From assembly GCA_937128595.1 (NCBI GenBank), contig CAKZMO010000409.1:1-22583 (forward strand): 22,583 nt of DNA, in the 5' to 3' direction. This document shows, one piece after another, positions 8,834 through 17,743 of this stretch. Both the position numbers and the translations under genes were made by a program. Under the pieces are notes generated by a model, which did not search any database, was not told where the DNA came from, and saw only the letters and a list, made by a program, of their open reading frames with translations. This DNA is from an uncultured cyanobacterium (GTDB lineage Bacteria > Cyanobacteriota > Cyanobacteriia > CAKZMO01). Numbering within the stretch: the first letter of the stretch is position 1; every line of letters starts with the position of its first letter.

Positions 8834-9472
8834 TTAGCGTCCCAAATCGTGCAAGCTGTTGATCACCTCAGAGCAGTGCTGAGTCACTTCTTCAAGGCTT
8901 TGGCGATCGGTTGAAGTGGGTGGGTTGACTAGCTCTCCAATTCTAACGGTTACAGGTACTGGGCGTGGAAGCAGCTTGCCCCGATCAACAATGGTCTCCG
9001 TACCCCACAAGCTGACAGGCAACAGCGGAACTTGTGCCTTTGCTGCAATTAATGCCGCTCCCAACTTGGGCGCGGTGACGCGCCCGTCGGCAGTACGAGT
9101 TCCTTGTAGAAAAACTCCGACTCCCCAGCCTTCGTCTAGTTTCTGCAGAGCAGATCTAATCGCGCTGCGATCGCTCTGTCCTCGCTTGACGGGGTAAGCT
9201 CCGTAGAGTGTTATGGCCTGCTTCAGCACTGGAACCTCAAACAGCTCTTCCTTTGCCATATACGCCACAGGGCGGCGCACACAGTTGGAAAGAATAGGAG
9301 GGTCGAAGTCGCTAGCATGATTGCTGACAACCACCATTGCGCCTTTGGTTGGCACATGTTCTGCACCATAAATGCGTCCTCGAAAGTAGGTGTGGAGAAC
9401 GGGGCTAACCACAGACCATTTGAACAGGTGATACAAAATCAGGCTGCTAGAAGGTTCTCGACTACGGCTCAT
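8834..9472 (-). CDS. plsC: 1-acyl-sn-glycerol-3-phosphate acyltransferase (lysophospholipid acyltransferase, PlsC family).
   Basis: HXXXXD acyltransferase motif (VVSNHASDFD). Size about 212 aa. It sits immediately downstream of fabD in the lipid cluster. Confidence 0.8.
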   Translation of the reverse strand: MSRSREPSSSLILYHLFKWSVVSPVLHTYFRGRIYGAEHVPTKGAMVVVSNHASDFDPPILSNCVRRPVAYMAKEELFEVPVLKQAITLYGAYPVKRGQSDRSAIRSALQKLDEGWGVGVFLQGTRTADGRVTAPKLGAALIAAKAQVPLLPVSLWGTETIVDRGKLLPRPVPVTVRIGELVNPPTSTDRQSLEEVTQHCSEVINSLHDLGR

Positions 9473-9513
9473 GGGTAGAGATCATCATGCTTGCGAAGAA
9501 CAGAACAGAAGAG

Positions 9514-10398
9514 TTAGGCGTCTGGTAAGTCAGCGAGCGATCGCACGTTCTGTAGGGTCACACTTGGACAGGTTCTCTTGATCAATCCAGTCAACACATT
9601 GCCAGGGCCAATTTCAACGACATGCTCGATGCCTTCTTCCGCAAGCCGCAAAGAGGTTTCTCTCCACCGCACAGACCCCGTCATTTGTTGATTGAGACAA
9701 CGCTTGAGGGTATCGGCTTGTGTTGTTGGCACGGGTTCCACGTTGGGCAGCACCGGGATCTGCGCATCCTGAAACTCAATTGTGTCGATGACAACGCTAA
9801 ATTCTTTAGCCGCATCTGCCACTAGGGGTGAGTGAAATGCCCCGCTGACATTGAGGGGTATCTTCCGCTTCGCTTTGATCTGGTTCATCACCGATTGAAC
9901 CGCTTCGTTGGTACCTGAAATTACCGCTTGACTAGCATTGTTGTCGTTCGCTAAGACAACACCCTCAGTTTCAGCAATGAGAGTGTCAAGCTGATCGCGA
10001 TCGAAGCCGATGAGAGCTGCCATCATGCCTTGTGAGTCTTGGCTCATCAAGAGCGCACGACTTTGAACCAGTCGTAGCCCAATTTCAAAATCAAAGACCT
10101 TAGCCGCATACAGAGCCACATACTCACCCAAGCTATGGCCTGCAACGATAGCAGGAGACTGATGGCGATCGCTCATCACATTCACCAAAATGCTCTCAAT
10201 AACATAAAGGCAGGGCTGAGTGTAAAGCGTGTTAGAGACCTTATCGTCTTGACTCTGACAGACCTCAGGCACAGACCATCCCAAAATAGCCTCAGCCTGT
10301 CGAAACATCGCCTGAGCTGACTCTAGCTCTAGCAAATCGGCTCCCATCCCAATGGACTGAGAACCTTGTCCGGGAAAAACCCACGCAGTTTTTGTCAT
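9514..10398 (-). CDS. fabD: Malonyl-CoA:ACP transacylase (FabD). The open frame continues to 10464, but the homologous N-terminus MTKTAWVFPGQGSQ starts at the ATG at 10398.
   Basis: GQGSQ motif and the active-site GHSLGEY nucleophile elbow. Length about 294 aa. Confidence 0.9.
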   Translation of the reverse strand: MTKTAWVFPGQGSQSIGMGADLLELESAQAMFRQAEAILGWSVPEVCQSQDDKVSNTLYTQPCLYVIESILVNVMSDRHQSPAIVAGHSLGEYVALYAAKVFDFEIGLRLVQSRALLMSQDSQGMMAALIGFDRDQLDTLIAETEGVVLANDNNASQAVISGTNEAVQSVMNQIKAKRKIPLNVSGAFHSPLVADAAKEFSVVIDTIEFQDAQIPVLPNVEPVPTTQADTLKRCLNQQMTGSVRWRETSLRLAEEGIEHVVEIGPGNVLTGLIKRTCPSVTLQNVRSLADLPDA

Positions 10399-10659
10399 AA
10401 GACTTACAACACTTAGGAACGGCACTTGACGTTCAATGCGGTTTAACCTTCTCAAGGTGTACACATTAAACTTCAGATTAAACTTTGAAGACGGAGCGTC
10501 TGAATTCGAAGCGGCTATGACGGTGACGCTTGATGCAGGAGTAGATCAGGTCAAAAGACTGAATCTCTGAGCGTGACCCGTAACCAGGTTTCTATTTGAG
10601 CTAAGTGTGTTCGCGTCCGACATCGATCAAGGCTTAGCAGCGCTGGAAACAGTAGAGTA

Positions 10660-11664
10660 CTAAGTGCCCCACCTAAAAACGGCGGCTCCCCAGGTTAGAC
10701 CTGCACCGAACCCAGCCGCAGCAATTGTATCACCTGGCTTGACGCTTCCTGCTCGGATCGACTCGTCTAGTGCTATCGGAATGGATGCGGCTGAAGTATT
10801 GCCGTGAGCAGCCATGTTGCTAATGACTTTTTCGGCAGGAATCTTCAAGCGTGAAGCAACAGCGTCGAGGATTCGCTGGTTCGCTTGGTGCAAGAGCAGC
10901 CAGTCGATCGCATCAATCGACAAATCTGCTCGAAACAAAGCTTTTTCGATGACTTCTGGAACTCGCTTGACCGCAAACCGATACACTTCTTGGCCGTTCA
11001 TGGCAATTGGAGCGAAAGTTCCTTTCTGAACGGTTACGTTGTCCAAAAGAGTTTGGGCATTGCTGTCGCCGTCATAGGCTAAGGTCAAACAGTGGTTAAG
11101 ACTACCGTCTGAGCGCATCTCAAATCCTAAGAAATGATCAGATGAACTGGCACTCATGACAACCGCTCCAGCCCCGTCTCCAAACAGAACACAAGTGCGG
11201 CGATCGCCCCAGTCAACCCAACGGGACAATATATCAGCACCGATGACCAACACATTTTTGTAAACACCCGTTCGAATAAACTGAGCTGCCGTTGTGATCG
11301 CAAAAATAAAGCCTGAACAAGCGGCTGTTAAGTCAAAAGCAACGGCTTGAGTAGCTCCGAGCTGAGCCTGAATTTTGCTTGCGCTGCCGAATAAATCGTC
11401 GGGGGTAGACGTTGCTAGCAAAATCAGATCGATTGACGATGCCTCTAGCCCTGAAGACTCTACGGCTTTTTGAGCGGCTTCACTGCCTAAAGAGGTCAAC
11501 GAGTCTGACGTTGTAGCCACTTGACGCGCTTGAATTCCAGTTCTAGAAGAAATCCACTCGTCTGATGTCTCGACGAAACGACTCATCTGGTCGTTGCTAA
11601 GGCTAGACGATGGAACGGATGACCCGCTTCCGGTAAAAGCTATACCTGTTTCAAACGAATGCAC
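10660..11664 (-). CDS. fabH: 3-oxoacyl-ACP synthase III (FabH).
   Basis: Active-site Cys in AACSGF, HQANQRI and GNTSAASIP motifs. Size 334 aa. GTG start 3 nt after the plsX stop. Confidence 0.9.
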   Translation of the reverse strand: MHSFETGIAFTGSGSSVPSSSLSNDQMSRFVETSDEWISSRTGIQARQVATTSDSLTSLGSEAAQKAVESSGLEASSIDLILLATSTPDDLFGSASKIQAQLGATQAVAFDLTAACSGFIFAITTAAQFIRTGVYKNVLVIGADILSRWVDWGDRRTCVLFGDGAGAVVMSASSSDHFLGFEMRSDGSLNHCLTLAYDGDSNAQTLLDNVTVQKGTFAPIAMNGQEVYRFAVKRVPEVIEKALFRADLSIDAIDWLLLHQANQRILDAVASRLKIPAEKVISNMAAHGNTSAASIPIALDESIRAGSVKPGDTIAAAGFGAGLTWGAAVFRWGT

Positions 11665-11667
11665 TAT

Positions 11668-12705
11668 CTACTCTCCATCTGGGGCGATCGCAGTGACTTT
11701 TTGATATTGAGAACGAATCTGATCCAGCACGTTGTGGTCAACAGCTTCTTTCGCCAACCGAATCGCATTGAAAATTGAAGGAGCCTGAGAGCTACCGTGG
11801 CTGATGATACTAATACCTGCAACTCCAAGCAATAAGCCGCCGCCATGCTCAGCATGGTCAATCCGCTGTCCTATTCTGCGTAGATTTGGCTTCAGCATCG
11901 CTGTACCCAGTTTTCCACGCACTCCCTGAGGTAGCTCTTCCCTGAGAATTTGGAGAAGAACTTCACCAATGGCCTCTGCAAACTTGAGTAGGATGTTTCC
12001 TGCAAATCCATCGCAAACCACTACGTCAAAGTCACCTGTCAAGACATCTCGCCCTTCGGCATTGCCAATGAAAGAGATGCGTGAATTTTTCTGTAGAAGT
12101 TGATGAGCTTTCAAGGCTAACTCATTGCCTTTAGAGGGTTCTTCGCCGATGTTGAGCAGTCCTACTTTTGGCTCGTCAATGCCCAGAACACTGCGAGAAT
12201 AAATCGAGCCCATGACCGCAAATTGTTCTAGAAACTTAGGGCGACAGTCAACGTTTGCACCCACGTCTAGAATCAAGACTGATTTTCCTGCAACCAGCGT
12301 CGGCAACAGCGCTCCAATAGCAGGACGATCAATTCCCTTTAACCGACCAAGCCGCAACAGAGCTGCTGCCATGGCGGCTCCTGAATGCCCTGCCGAAACA
12401 ACAGCGTCAGCACGCCCCTGCTTGACTAAATCCATCGCCACATTGATAGAAGCTTTGGGCTTCTTGCGAAGGCTCGTCAAGGGCTCCTCATGCATCTCGA
12501 TCATGCCTTCGGAAGGGACGATCTCAAGCTTAGGTGTGCTTTGATATTCTGCTTGAAAGGCGTCTTGAATTTGCTCTGGATCACCAACGAGCAGGACTTT
12601 GACATCCAGCTCTTCGCAGGCTCTGAGAGCGCCAGCGATAATTTCTTTGGGAGCGTGATCTCCTCCCATCGCGTCGATTGCAATCCGTGCCTGAGTTGAC
12701 CCCAT
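11668..12705 (-). CDS. plsX: Phosphate:acyl-ACP acyltransferase PlsX.
   Basis: N-terminus RIAIDAMGGDHAP and overall PlsX architecture. First gene of the plsX-fabH-fabD-plsC run. Confidence 0.9.
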   Translation of the reverse strand: MGSTQARIAIDAMGGDHAPKEIIAGALRACEELDVKVLLVGDPEQIQDAFQAEYQSTPKLEIVPSEGMIEMHEEPLTSLRKKPKASINVAMDLVKQGRADAVVSAGHSGAAMAAALLRLGRLKGIDRPAIGALLPTLVAGKSVLILDVGANVDCRPKFLEQFAVMGSIYSRSVLGIDEPKVGLLNIGEEPSKGNELALKAHQLLQKNSRISFIGNAEGRDVLTGDFDVVVCDGFAGNILLKFAEAIGEVLLQILREELPQGVRGKLGTAMLKPNLRRIGQRIDHAEHGGGLLLGVAGISIISHGSSQAPSIFNAIRLAKEAVDHNVLDQIRSQYQKVTAIAPDGE

Positions 12706-12807
12706 TGGATGATGCTGAAAAACCTAGAGAATTTTACCAGATGGAACCCGTTGCAGGACAGGAATTTGTATAACTCCTCACAGATGCAAGGGATTTGTGA
12801 ACCCCAG

Positions 12808-13551
12808 CTATTCCATCTCGCCTGGTTCCACAATACGCTGAAATAGATATCCTGTCCCTCGTGCCGTCAAAATCAGTTCAGGATTACTAGGGTCATCCTC
12901 TAACTTTGCTCTGAGCCGAGAAATATGAACATCCACTACGCGAGTGTCAACATGACGTTCTGGCGTATAGCCCCAAACTTCTTGCAGAATTTCAGAGCGA
13001 GAGAAAGGTTCGCCCGATCGGCCAACCAACAGCTCAAGTAAGCTGAATTCCATGCCTGTTAAGCGGATTCTTTCCCCACCTTTGTAAACCTGTCGCTTGT
13101 TTGTGTCAATCCGTAAATTGCCGACTTGAATGATTCCAGAGCTAGGAATCCCGGTGTTGGCAGCCTTATCAACTCGTCGTAGAACTGAACGAATTCTGGC
13201 TTCTAGTTCTTTTGGAGAGAAGGGTTTAACGACATAATCATCAGCCCCTAGCTCCAATCCTGTGATTCGATCGGCGACATCTCCTAGAGCTGTCAGCATG
13301 ATGATAGGAACGTCTGACTCTTTGCGGAGTTCTTGACAAACACCATAGCCATCTAGCTTTGGCATCATGACATCTAAGACGACGAGATCAGGTGCAGCAT
13401 CACGAAATGTGTCGAGTGCCTCTTCCCCGTCTGCTGCGGTGACAACGTCGTAGCCAATCATCGACAGGCGGGTTTCAAGGATTCGGCGAATGCTGGCTTC
13501 GTCGTCTACGACAAGGATTCTCTCTTTCTGATTTTCCAATTTGTCTAACAC
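12808..13551 (-). CDS. rpaB: OmpR-family response regulator, RpaB (Ycf27) type.
   Basis: Receiver domain (ILVVDDEASIRRILETRLSMIGYDVVTAADGEEAL...VLDVMMPKLDGYGVCQELRKESDVPIIMLTALGDVADRITGLELGADDYVVKPFSPKELEARIRSVLRR) and a winged-helix output domain. From memory it is almost identical to cyanobacterial RpaB over its whole length. GTG start. Confidence 0.88.
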   Translation of the reverse strand: MLDKLENQKERILVVDDEASIRRILETRLSMIGYDVVTAADGEEALDTFRDAAPDLVVLDVMMPKLDGYGVCQELRKESDVPIIMLTALGDVADRITGLELGADDYVVKPFSPKELEARIRSVLRRVDKAANTGIPSSGIIQVGNLRIDTNKRQVYKGGERIRLTGMEFSLLELLVGRSGEPFSRSEILQEVWGYTPERHVDTRVVDVHISRLRAKLEDDPSNPELILTARGTGYLFQRIVEPGEME

Positions 13552-13980
13552 TCCTTAAAGTTAACGCCTGCAAGCTAGGCTAGATTCAAAAGATTGAACG
13601 TTAATTTTTCGTAGCCCTTGATTAAGATATTACATTAGATGCTTTGACATTTAGAATGCCTAATTCCTTTTACCAATCAGCATCACAGGGTTTCTTAAGC
13701 TTTATATAGTATGTAGTTTTTTTTAGCCGCAAAATGTTTATTAACTTAACAATAATTGATAATTGAAAATGTTTAGACAAGTCGCTCTCAGCCTTTGTTT
13801 TTCAGTATCAAGCTCAATTTGATCCTTAGTCTGCTCGCTGTTAATTTGTCGTTTCGAGGCGACGCTTGGGAGACTCAGAGAGTGTTGAGTCAGACGAGGT
13901 GAACTGTTGGAAAGACATAATGATTACCTTCTTTTGTTTAAGAATTTCGTTTAGATTTAGTTCCTTGGGAGAAAGGTGAC

Positions 13981-15546
13981 ATGCCAAAACCTCGCTCACG
14001 TTATGTGTGTCGTGAATGTGGAGCAGACTCGCCTCAGTTTTTTGGAAAGTGTCCATTTTGCGGAAGCTGGAACTCGATGTCGGAGGAGGTGGTGCCTACA
14101 TCTTCTGCCGCAGCACGTGCGATGCCGGGGCGATCGCCATCCCGCTCTCCTAAGGCGTCTCATTCTGTTCCTAGCCAGCCACTTCAATCGCTGCCTCTGC
14201 AATCCATCACCGATCATCCTCAGATTCGAATTTCTTCTCGTTATGGAGAGCTAGATCGAGTCTTGGGCGGTGGCCTTGTTCCCGGATCTCTGGTGCTTAT
14301 TGGGGGTGATCCGGGCATTGGCAAGTCAACTTTGCTCCTACAAGTAGCGAATCAGTTGGCGCAGTACTATCCCATTCTTTATGTCTGTGCTGAAGAGTCG
14401 GGTCAACAGGTCAAACTGCGATCGCAGCGTTTGGGCATTGTTGCTGAAGGAAAGATGACTCCAGCAGAACCCGAATCGAAAGCTGAGAAAAAATTGGGTG
14501 GAGGCAAGCGCTCAAGTCGAAAGAAAAACGTTCAGAACGACCAGTCAGACGACGAACGGCTCAACGATAGCCGGATGCTGGAATATCCAGCGGAGCCTAA
14601 TGCCGACCTGTATTTGCTACCGGAAACGGATCTGGAGGTAGTACTGGCAGAATTGGAGGCGTTGAGGCCCCAGGTTGCCATCATCGATAGTATTCAGGCG
14701 CTGTACTTTGCGGCCTTGACCTCGGCTCCAGGCTCGGTGTCTCAGGTGCGGGAATGTACCTCGGCGCTGATGCGTGTTGCCAAGCGAGCCAACATTACGC
14801 TGCTGATTGTGGGGCATGTCACGAAGGAAGGGGCGATCGCGGGTCCAAAAGTGTTGGAGCACTTGGTCGATACGGTGCTGTATTTTGAGGGCGATCGCTT
14901 CGCTAGTCATCGGCTTCTGCGGTCGGTAAAAAATCGGTTTGGAGCCACTCAGGAACTCGGTGTGTTTGAAATGGCCGATCGAGGGCTAACGGAAGTGCTC
15001 AATCCCTCAGAGCTATTTTTGGGCGATCCTGATGAGCGTGCGCCGGGCACTTCGACCATCGTGGCTTGTGAAGGCACTCGGCCTCTCCTGGTTGAATTGC
15101 AGGCGTTGGTGAGTCCAACGAGCTATGCTTCTCCTCGTCGTTCAACCACAGGCATTGAATACAGTCGGTTACTACAAATTTTGGCGGTGCTAGAAAAGCG
15201 GGTTGGGATTCCCCTGTCGAAACTGGATGCTTATGTAGCCTCCTCTGGGGGAATTTCGGTTGCAGAACCTGCTGCTGATTTGGGAGTGGCGATCGCCGTT
15301 GCTGCTAGTTTTCGCGATCGCATTGTCGATCCAGGAACGGTGCTGATTGGTGAAGTGGGTCTGGGTGGACAGGTACGCTCTGTCTCGCAAATGGAACTGC
15401 GGCTCAAAGAAGCAGCCAAGTTAGGCTTTGAGCGGGCGATCGTGCCGTCGATGCAGGCGGTTCCCGACTTAGGTATTGAGATTATTCAGGTTAAACGAGT
15501 TGTGGATGCGATTGGAACGGCGATCGCCGGAGCCGGAAGTGCCTAG
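13981..15546 (+). CDS. radA: DNA repair protein RadA/Sms. C4 zinc finger, RecA-like ATPase and Lon-protease-like C-terminal domain. It carries a roughly 50-aa charged insertion (nt ~14443-14604).
   Basis: CRECG...CPFCGSW zinc finger. Walker A GDPGIGKST. KNRFG motif. Lon-like C-terminus. ATG start. Confidence 0.9.
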   Translation: MPKPRSRYVCRECGADSPQFFGKCPFCGSWNSMSEEVVPTSSAAARAMPGRSPSRSPKASHSVPSQPLQSLPLQSITDHPQIRISSRYGELDRVLGGGLVPGSLVLIGGDPGIGKSTLLLQVANQLAQYYPILYVCAEESGQQVKLRSQRLGIVAEGKMTPAEPESKAEKKLGGGKRSSRKKNVQNDQSDDERLNDSRMLEYPAEPNADLYLLPETDLEVVLAELEALRPQVAIIDSIQALYFAALTSAPGSVSQVRECTSALMRVAKRANITLLIVGHVTKEGAIAGPKVLEHLVDTVLYFEGDRFASHRLLRSVKNRFGATQELGVFEMADRGLTEVLNPSELFLGDPDERAPGTSTIVACEGTRPLLVELQALVSPTSYASPRRSTTGIEYSRLLQILAVLEKRVGIPLSKLDAYVASSGGISVAEPAADLGVAIAVAASFRDRIVDPGTVLIGEVGLGGQVRSVSQMELRLKEAAKLGFERAIVPSMQAVPDLGIEIIQVKRVVDAIGTAIAGAGSA

Positions 15547-15826
15547 ATTCTGCGATCAGGTTTTGACTTCCTTCGATGTTGAATCGAAACGCTTTAAGCG
15601 ATGAGTTTCAAATTTTCGCTGCAGAAATTCTTTATAAGTCGTCTATGATTGCAGATACTTAGCGATCGCCCCTCAATCAACTTCCCTTGCAGGACTGGAG
15701 TCTTGTTCCTTGCTGTAGCTAGAAGTAGCGAAACGAGTTCAATCCAGTTGGTTAGCCAAAAACCTGGTTTCGATTTTTAGATTATTTATTTTTTGTCTTC
15801 GTTATTCTCCAAAAGATTGCGGTTTT

Positions 15827-16417
15827 ATGGATCTCGACATCGCACATCGGGTGATGGGATTATACGCTCAAATTGATCGACAAATCGAGCAATTTCAAGC
15901 GACGACTCAGCTTTGTTGTCCTTCTGGTTGTGGTCAGTGTTGCGAAAGTCCTGACATCGAAGTGACGCCTCTCGAAATGCTCCCCCTCGTGCTAGAACTT
16001 TTTCGGCGGGGCGACGTTGACCAATGGCTTGAGCTTTCTGAGGCTGCCGACCATCAAGGATCGTGTGTGTTTTATGAACCTGATCCCCTTGTTTCAGGCA
16101 ACGGGCGTTGTCAGGTCTATACCTGGCGACCGAGTCTCTGTCGGCTGTTTGGGTTTTCTACAGCTCCTGACAAAAATGGACAGCCTCGACTAGCGGCTTG
16201 TATTCGCCACAAGCAGGCCGAACCGCAAATTATGGCTCAGACTCAAATGGCGATCGCCAATGGCACGGCTCATGCGCCGAGTCTCAGTGAAGCAACGCAG
16301 CAAATTCTCGCTCTTGACCCCAGTTTTGGTTCGCAGATGATGCCGATTAACAAAGCTCTCAGCGCTGCAATTGAGCGAGTTGGGTTTTGGCTTCAGATGC
16401 AACAACACACAACGTAA
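15827..16417 (+). CDS. YkgJ-family (UPF0153, CxxCxxCC) putative Fe-S/zinc-binding protein.
   Basis: Cys cluster CCPSGCGQCC near the N-terminus plus downstream Cys residues (C...C). Size 196 aa, typical of the family. Confidence 0.55.
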   Translation: MDLDIAHRVMGLYAQIDRQIEQFQATTQLCCPSGCGQCCESPDIEVTPLEMLPLVLELFRRGDVDQWLELSEAADHQGSCVFYEPDPLVSGNGRCQVYTWRPSLCRLFGFSTAPDKNGQPRLAACIRHKQAEPQIMAQTQMAIANGTAHAPSLSEATQQILALDPSFGSQMMPINKALSAAIERVGFWLQMQQHTT

Positions 16418-16490
16418 TTTCTCTATTCCCTATCGTTTTGCCCAAACCTGCGCCTACTGATTGATCTGCTTACATCGGGGAAGCGGTCTA

Positions 16491-16596
16491 GTATAGTGCT
16501 ACGCGCTGATATAAAACCAATCGTTGATGGAGAAGCCGCGCACCGCGCGGCTTCTCCATCAATATCTGTCCTAACCTATCTGCGCATTGCTATATA
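16491..16596. repeat. Complete MITE-like element, subfamily 1 (copy C). Hairpin at 16526-16560.
   Basis: tatagtgctacgcgctg...[gatggagaagccgcgc-acc-gcgcggcttctccatc]...ctgcgcattgctatat. It shares the hairpin and right flank with copy A and is the inverted-flank counterpart of copy B. It sits between the ykgJ-like 3' end and the first sulfotransferase start. Confidence 0.7.
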
Positions 16597-16661
16597 ATTC
16601 GGGATGTTTCATGGACATTTCCAGATAGATATTTCTGAATAGACATTTGCCTTGAGGATCT

Positions 16662-17666
16662 ATGTCAGCTCCGCTGTCTACTTCGACTCCCCCATCAGCA
16701 ACTCAGCCTTGTCAGATTCAGCCCGGTGAAGCACTGATTTTCCTCCACCTAATGAAAACAGGGGGGCATACTCTTCACAAGTTGATGCGCCATAAATATG
16801 ATGTAACTCGCCGCTTCTACTACAGTCAGCGACCTGGGCGCACCCTTGCCGATTTTCAAGCCTTGACAATTGAGCAGCGCGATCGCCTCCGGTTTATTCA
16901 TGGGCATCTCGATTTTGGCTTTCATGAGATGCTTAACCAGCCTTGTACTTATGTAACTCTCCTGCGTCACCCCATCAAGCGAATTGTTTCTCTATATTAT
17001 TTTGTTTATTTCCATCCCAGTCGCTATGATCCGGTGAACAATCCGCCAATTTCATTTCGCGACTATATTTCTCCAGAGCGCATTCTGGTTGACAACGGTC
17101 AGACTCGCAAGATCGCTGGACAAGCATCACAAGACTTTCCGTTTGGAGGCTGCACGTCTGAACTGCTCGACATCGCTAAGCGTAATTTGCGCGATCGCTT
17201 TCTGATGGTTGGCATCACGGAACGCTTCGACGAGTCCCTTGTGATGCTGCGTCATCTGGTTGGCCTCAACACCCTACTCCATACCCGCGCCAACACGAAT
17301 CCGGCTAAACCTAAAAGCGATCCTCTTTCGGAAGCAGACATCGAATTGGCGATCGCCCATCATCAGTTTGATTTGGAACTGTATGACTATGGCAATCAAC
17401 TTTTAGATCAGCAAATCGCTAGCTTGGGTGATGCTTTCCAGCGGGAACTGTCTCTATTTCGTAATGCCAACGCCCAATTTAGAAGTGCCCATGCCGATTT
17501 AGAGCGATCGCGCGATCGCCTTAAAGCAGTCCGTCAAAAAAACCGCAAAATTCGTCGTCATCAGAACGAAGTTCAGGCCGAGTTGGAACAACAGCAACAA
17601 ACACTGAGTATGTTAAAAACCAGTAAATTTTGGTGGCTTTGGCGCAAGCTTTCTAAACTATCTTAA
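16662..17666 (+). CDS. PAPS-dependent sulfotransferase-like protein (paralog 1) with a C-terminal basic coiled-coil and Trp-rich tail.
   Basis: 5'-PSB-like motif [11 protein letters not shown]. 3'-PB-like motif LLRHPIKRIVSLYY (R-x-P-x-x-R-x-x-S). A DNGQTR segment. C-terminus RSRDRLKAVRQKNRKIRRHQNEVQAELEQQQQTLSMLKTSKFWWLWRKLSKLS. Confidence 0.65.
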   Translation: MSAPLSTSTPPSATQPCQIQPGEALIFLHLMKTGGHTLHKLMRHKYDVTRRFYYSQRPGRTLADFQALTIEQRDRLRFIHGHLDFGFHEMLNQPCTYVTLLRHPIKRIVSLYYFVYFHPSRYDPVNNPPISFRDYISPERILVDNGQTRKIAGQASQDFPFGGCTSELLDIAKRNLRDRFLMVGITERFDESLVMLRHLVGLNTLLHTRANTNPAKPKSDPLSEADIELAIAHHQFDLELYDYGNQLLDQQIASLGDAFQRELSLFRNANAQFRSAHADLERSRDRLKAVRQKNRKIRRHQNEVQAELEQQQQTLSMLKTSKFWWLWRKLSKLS

Positions 17667-17743
17667 AGAAATGGCATGGCTGAAATCCTGTAAGCAATTC
17701 GCCTGAATTATGTTTGAAATAATAGATTTATGCGAGGTTTAAT

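Noticed and set aside
10399-10464. The extended FabD N-terminus (MYTLRRLNRIERQVPFLSVVSL) from the upstream start at 10464.
   Set aside because: The FabD family begins at the conserved (M)xxxAxxFPGQGSQ, which here corresponds to the ATG at 10398. The 22 extra residues are not FabD-like. The longer start is kept only as an alternative.
10814-12833. Short ORFs within or antisense to fabH, plsX and rpaB (10814..11029, 10885..11082, 11664..11861, 12212..12544, 12490..12699, 12501..12833).
   Set aside because: They overlap highly conserved lipid-synthesis and regulator genes. None has an independent signal.
13629-13651. TTTACATT and TTTGACATT read as a full HLR1 RpaB box.
   Set aside because: The spacing between the two half-sites is 14 nt rather than 10. 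TTGACA is also a plain -35 hexamer. The region is kept as a low-confidence finding and not annotated as a binding site.
13996-14217. A 73-aa arginine-rich ORF (RQRLKWLARNRMRRLRRAGWR...) antisense to the 5' end of radA.
   Set aside because: It overlaps the well-supported radA frame completely. Antisense frames in GC-rich coding DNA (gcg/cgc codons) produce exactly this kind of Arg-rich composition. It has no start context and no homology signal.
15547-15826. A possible tRNA, sRNA or terminator in the radA-ykgJ spacer (TTCGAT-gttga-ATCGAA palindrome at ~15578-15594).
   Set aside because: The stem is only 6 bp, weak and AT-rich. The following T-tract is not convincing. No T-loop (GTTCGAATC) or cloverleaf-compatible sequence was found anywhere in the window.
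16190-16970. ORFs 16190..16408(-), 16678..16869(-) and 16749..16970(-), antisense to the ykgJ-like gene and the first sulfotransferase.
   Set aside because: They are shadow frames inside better-supported genes.
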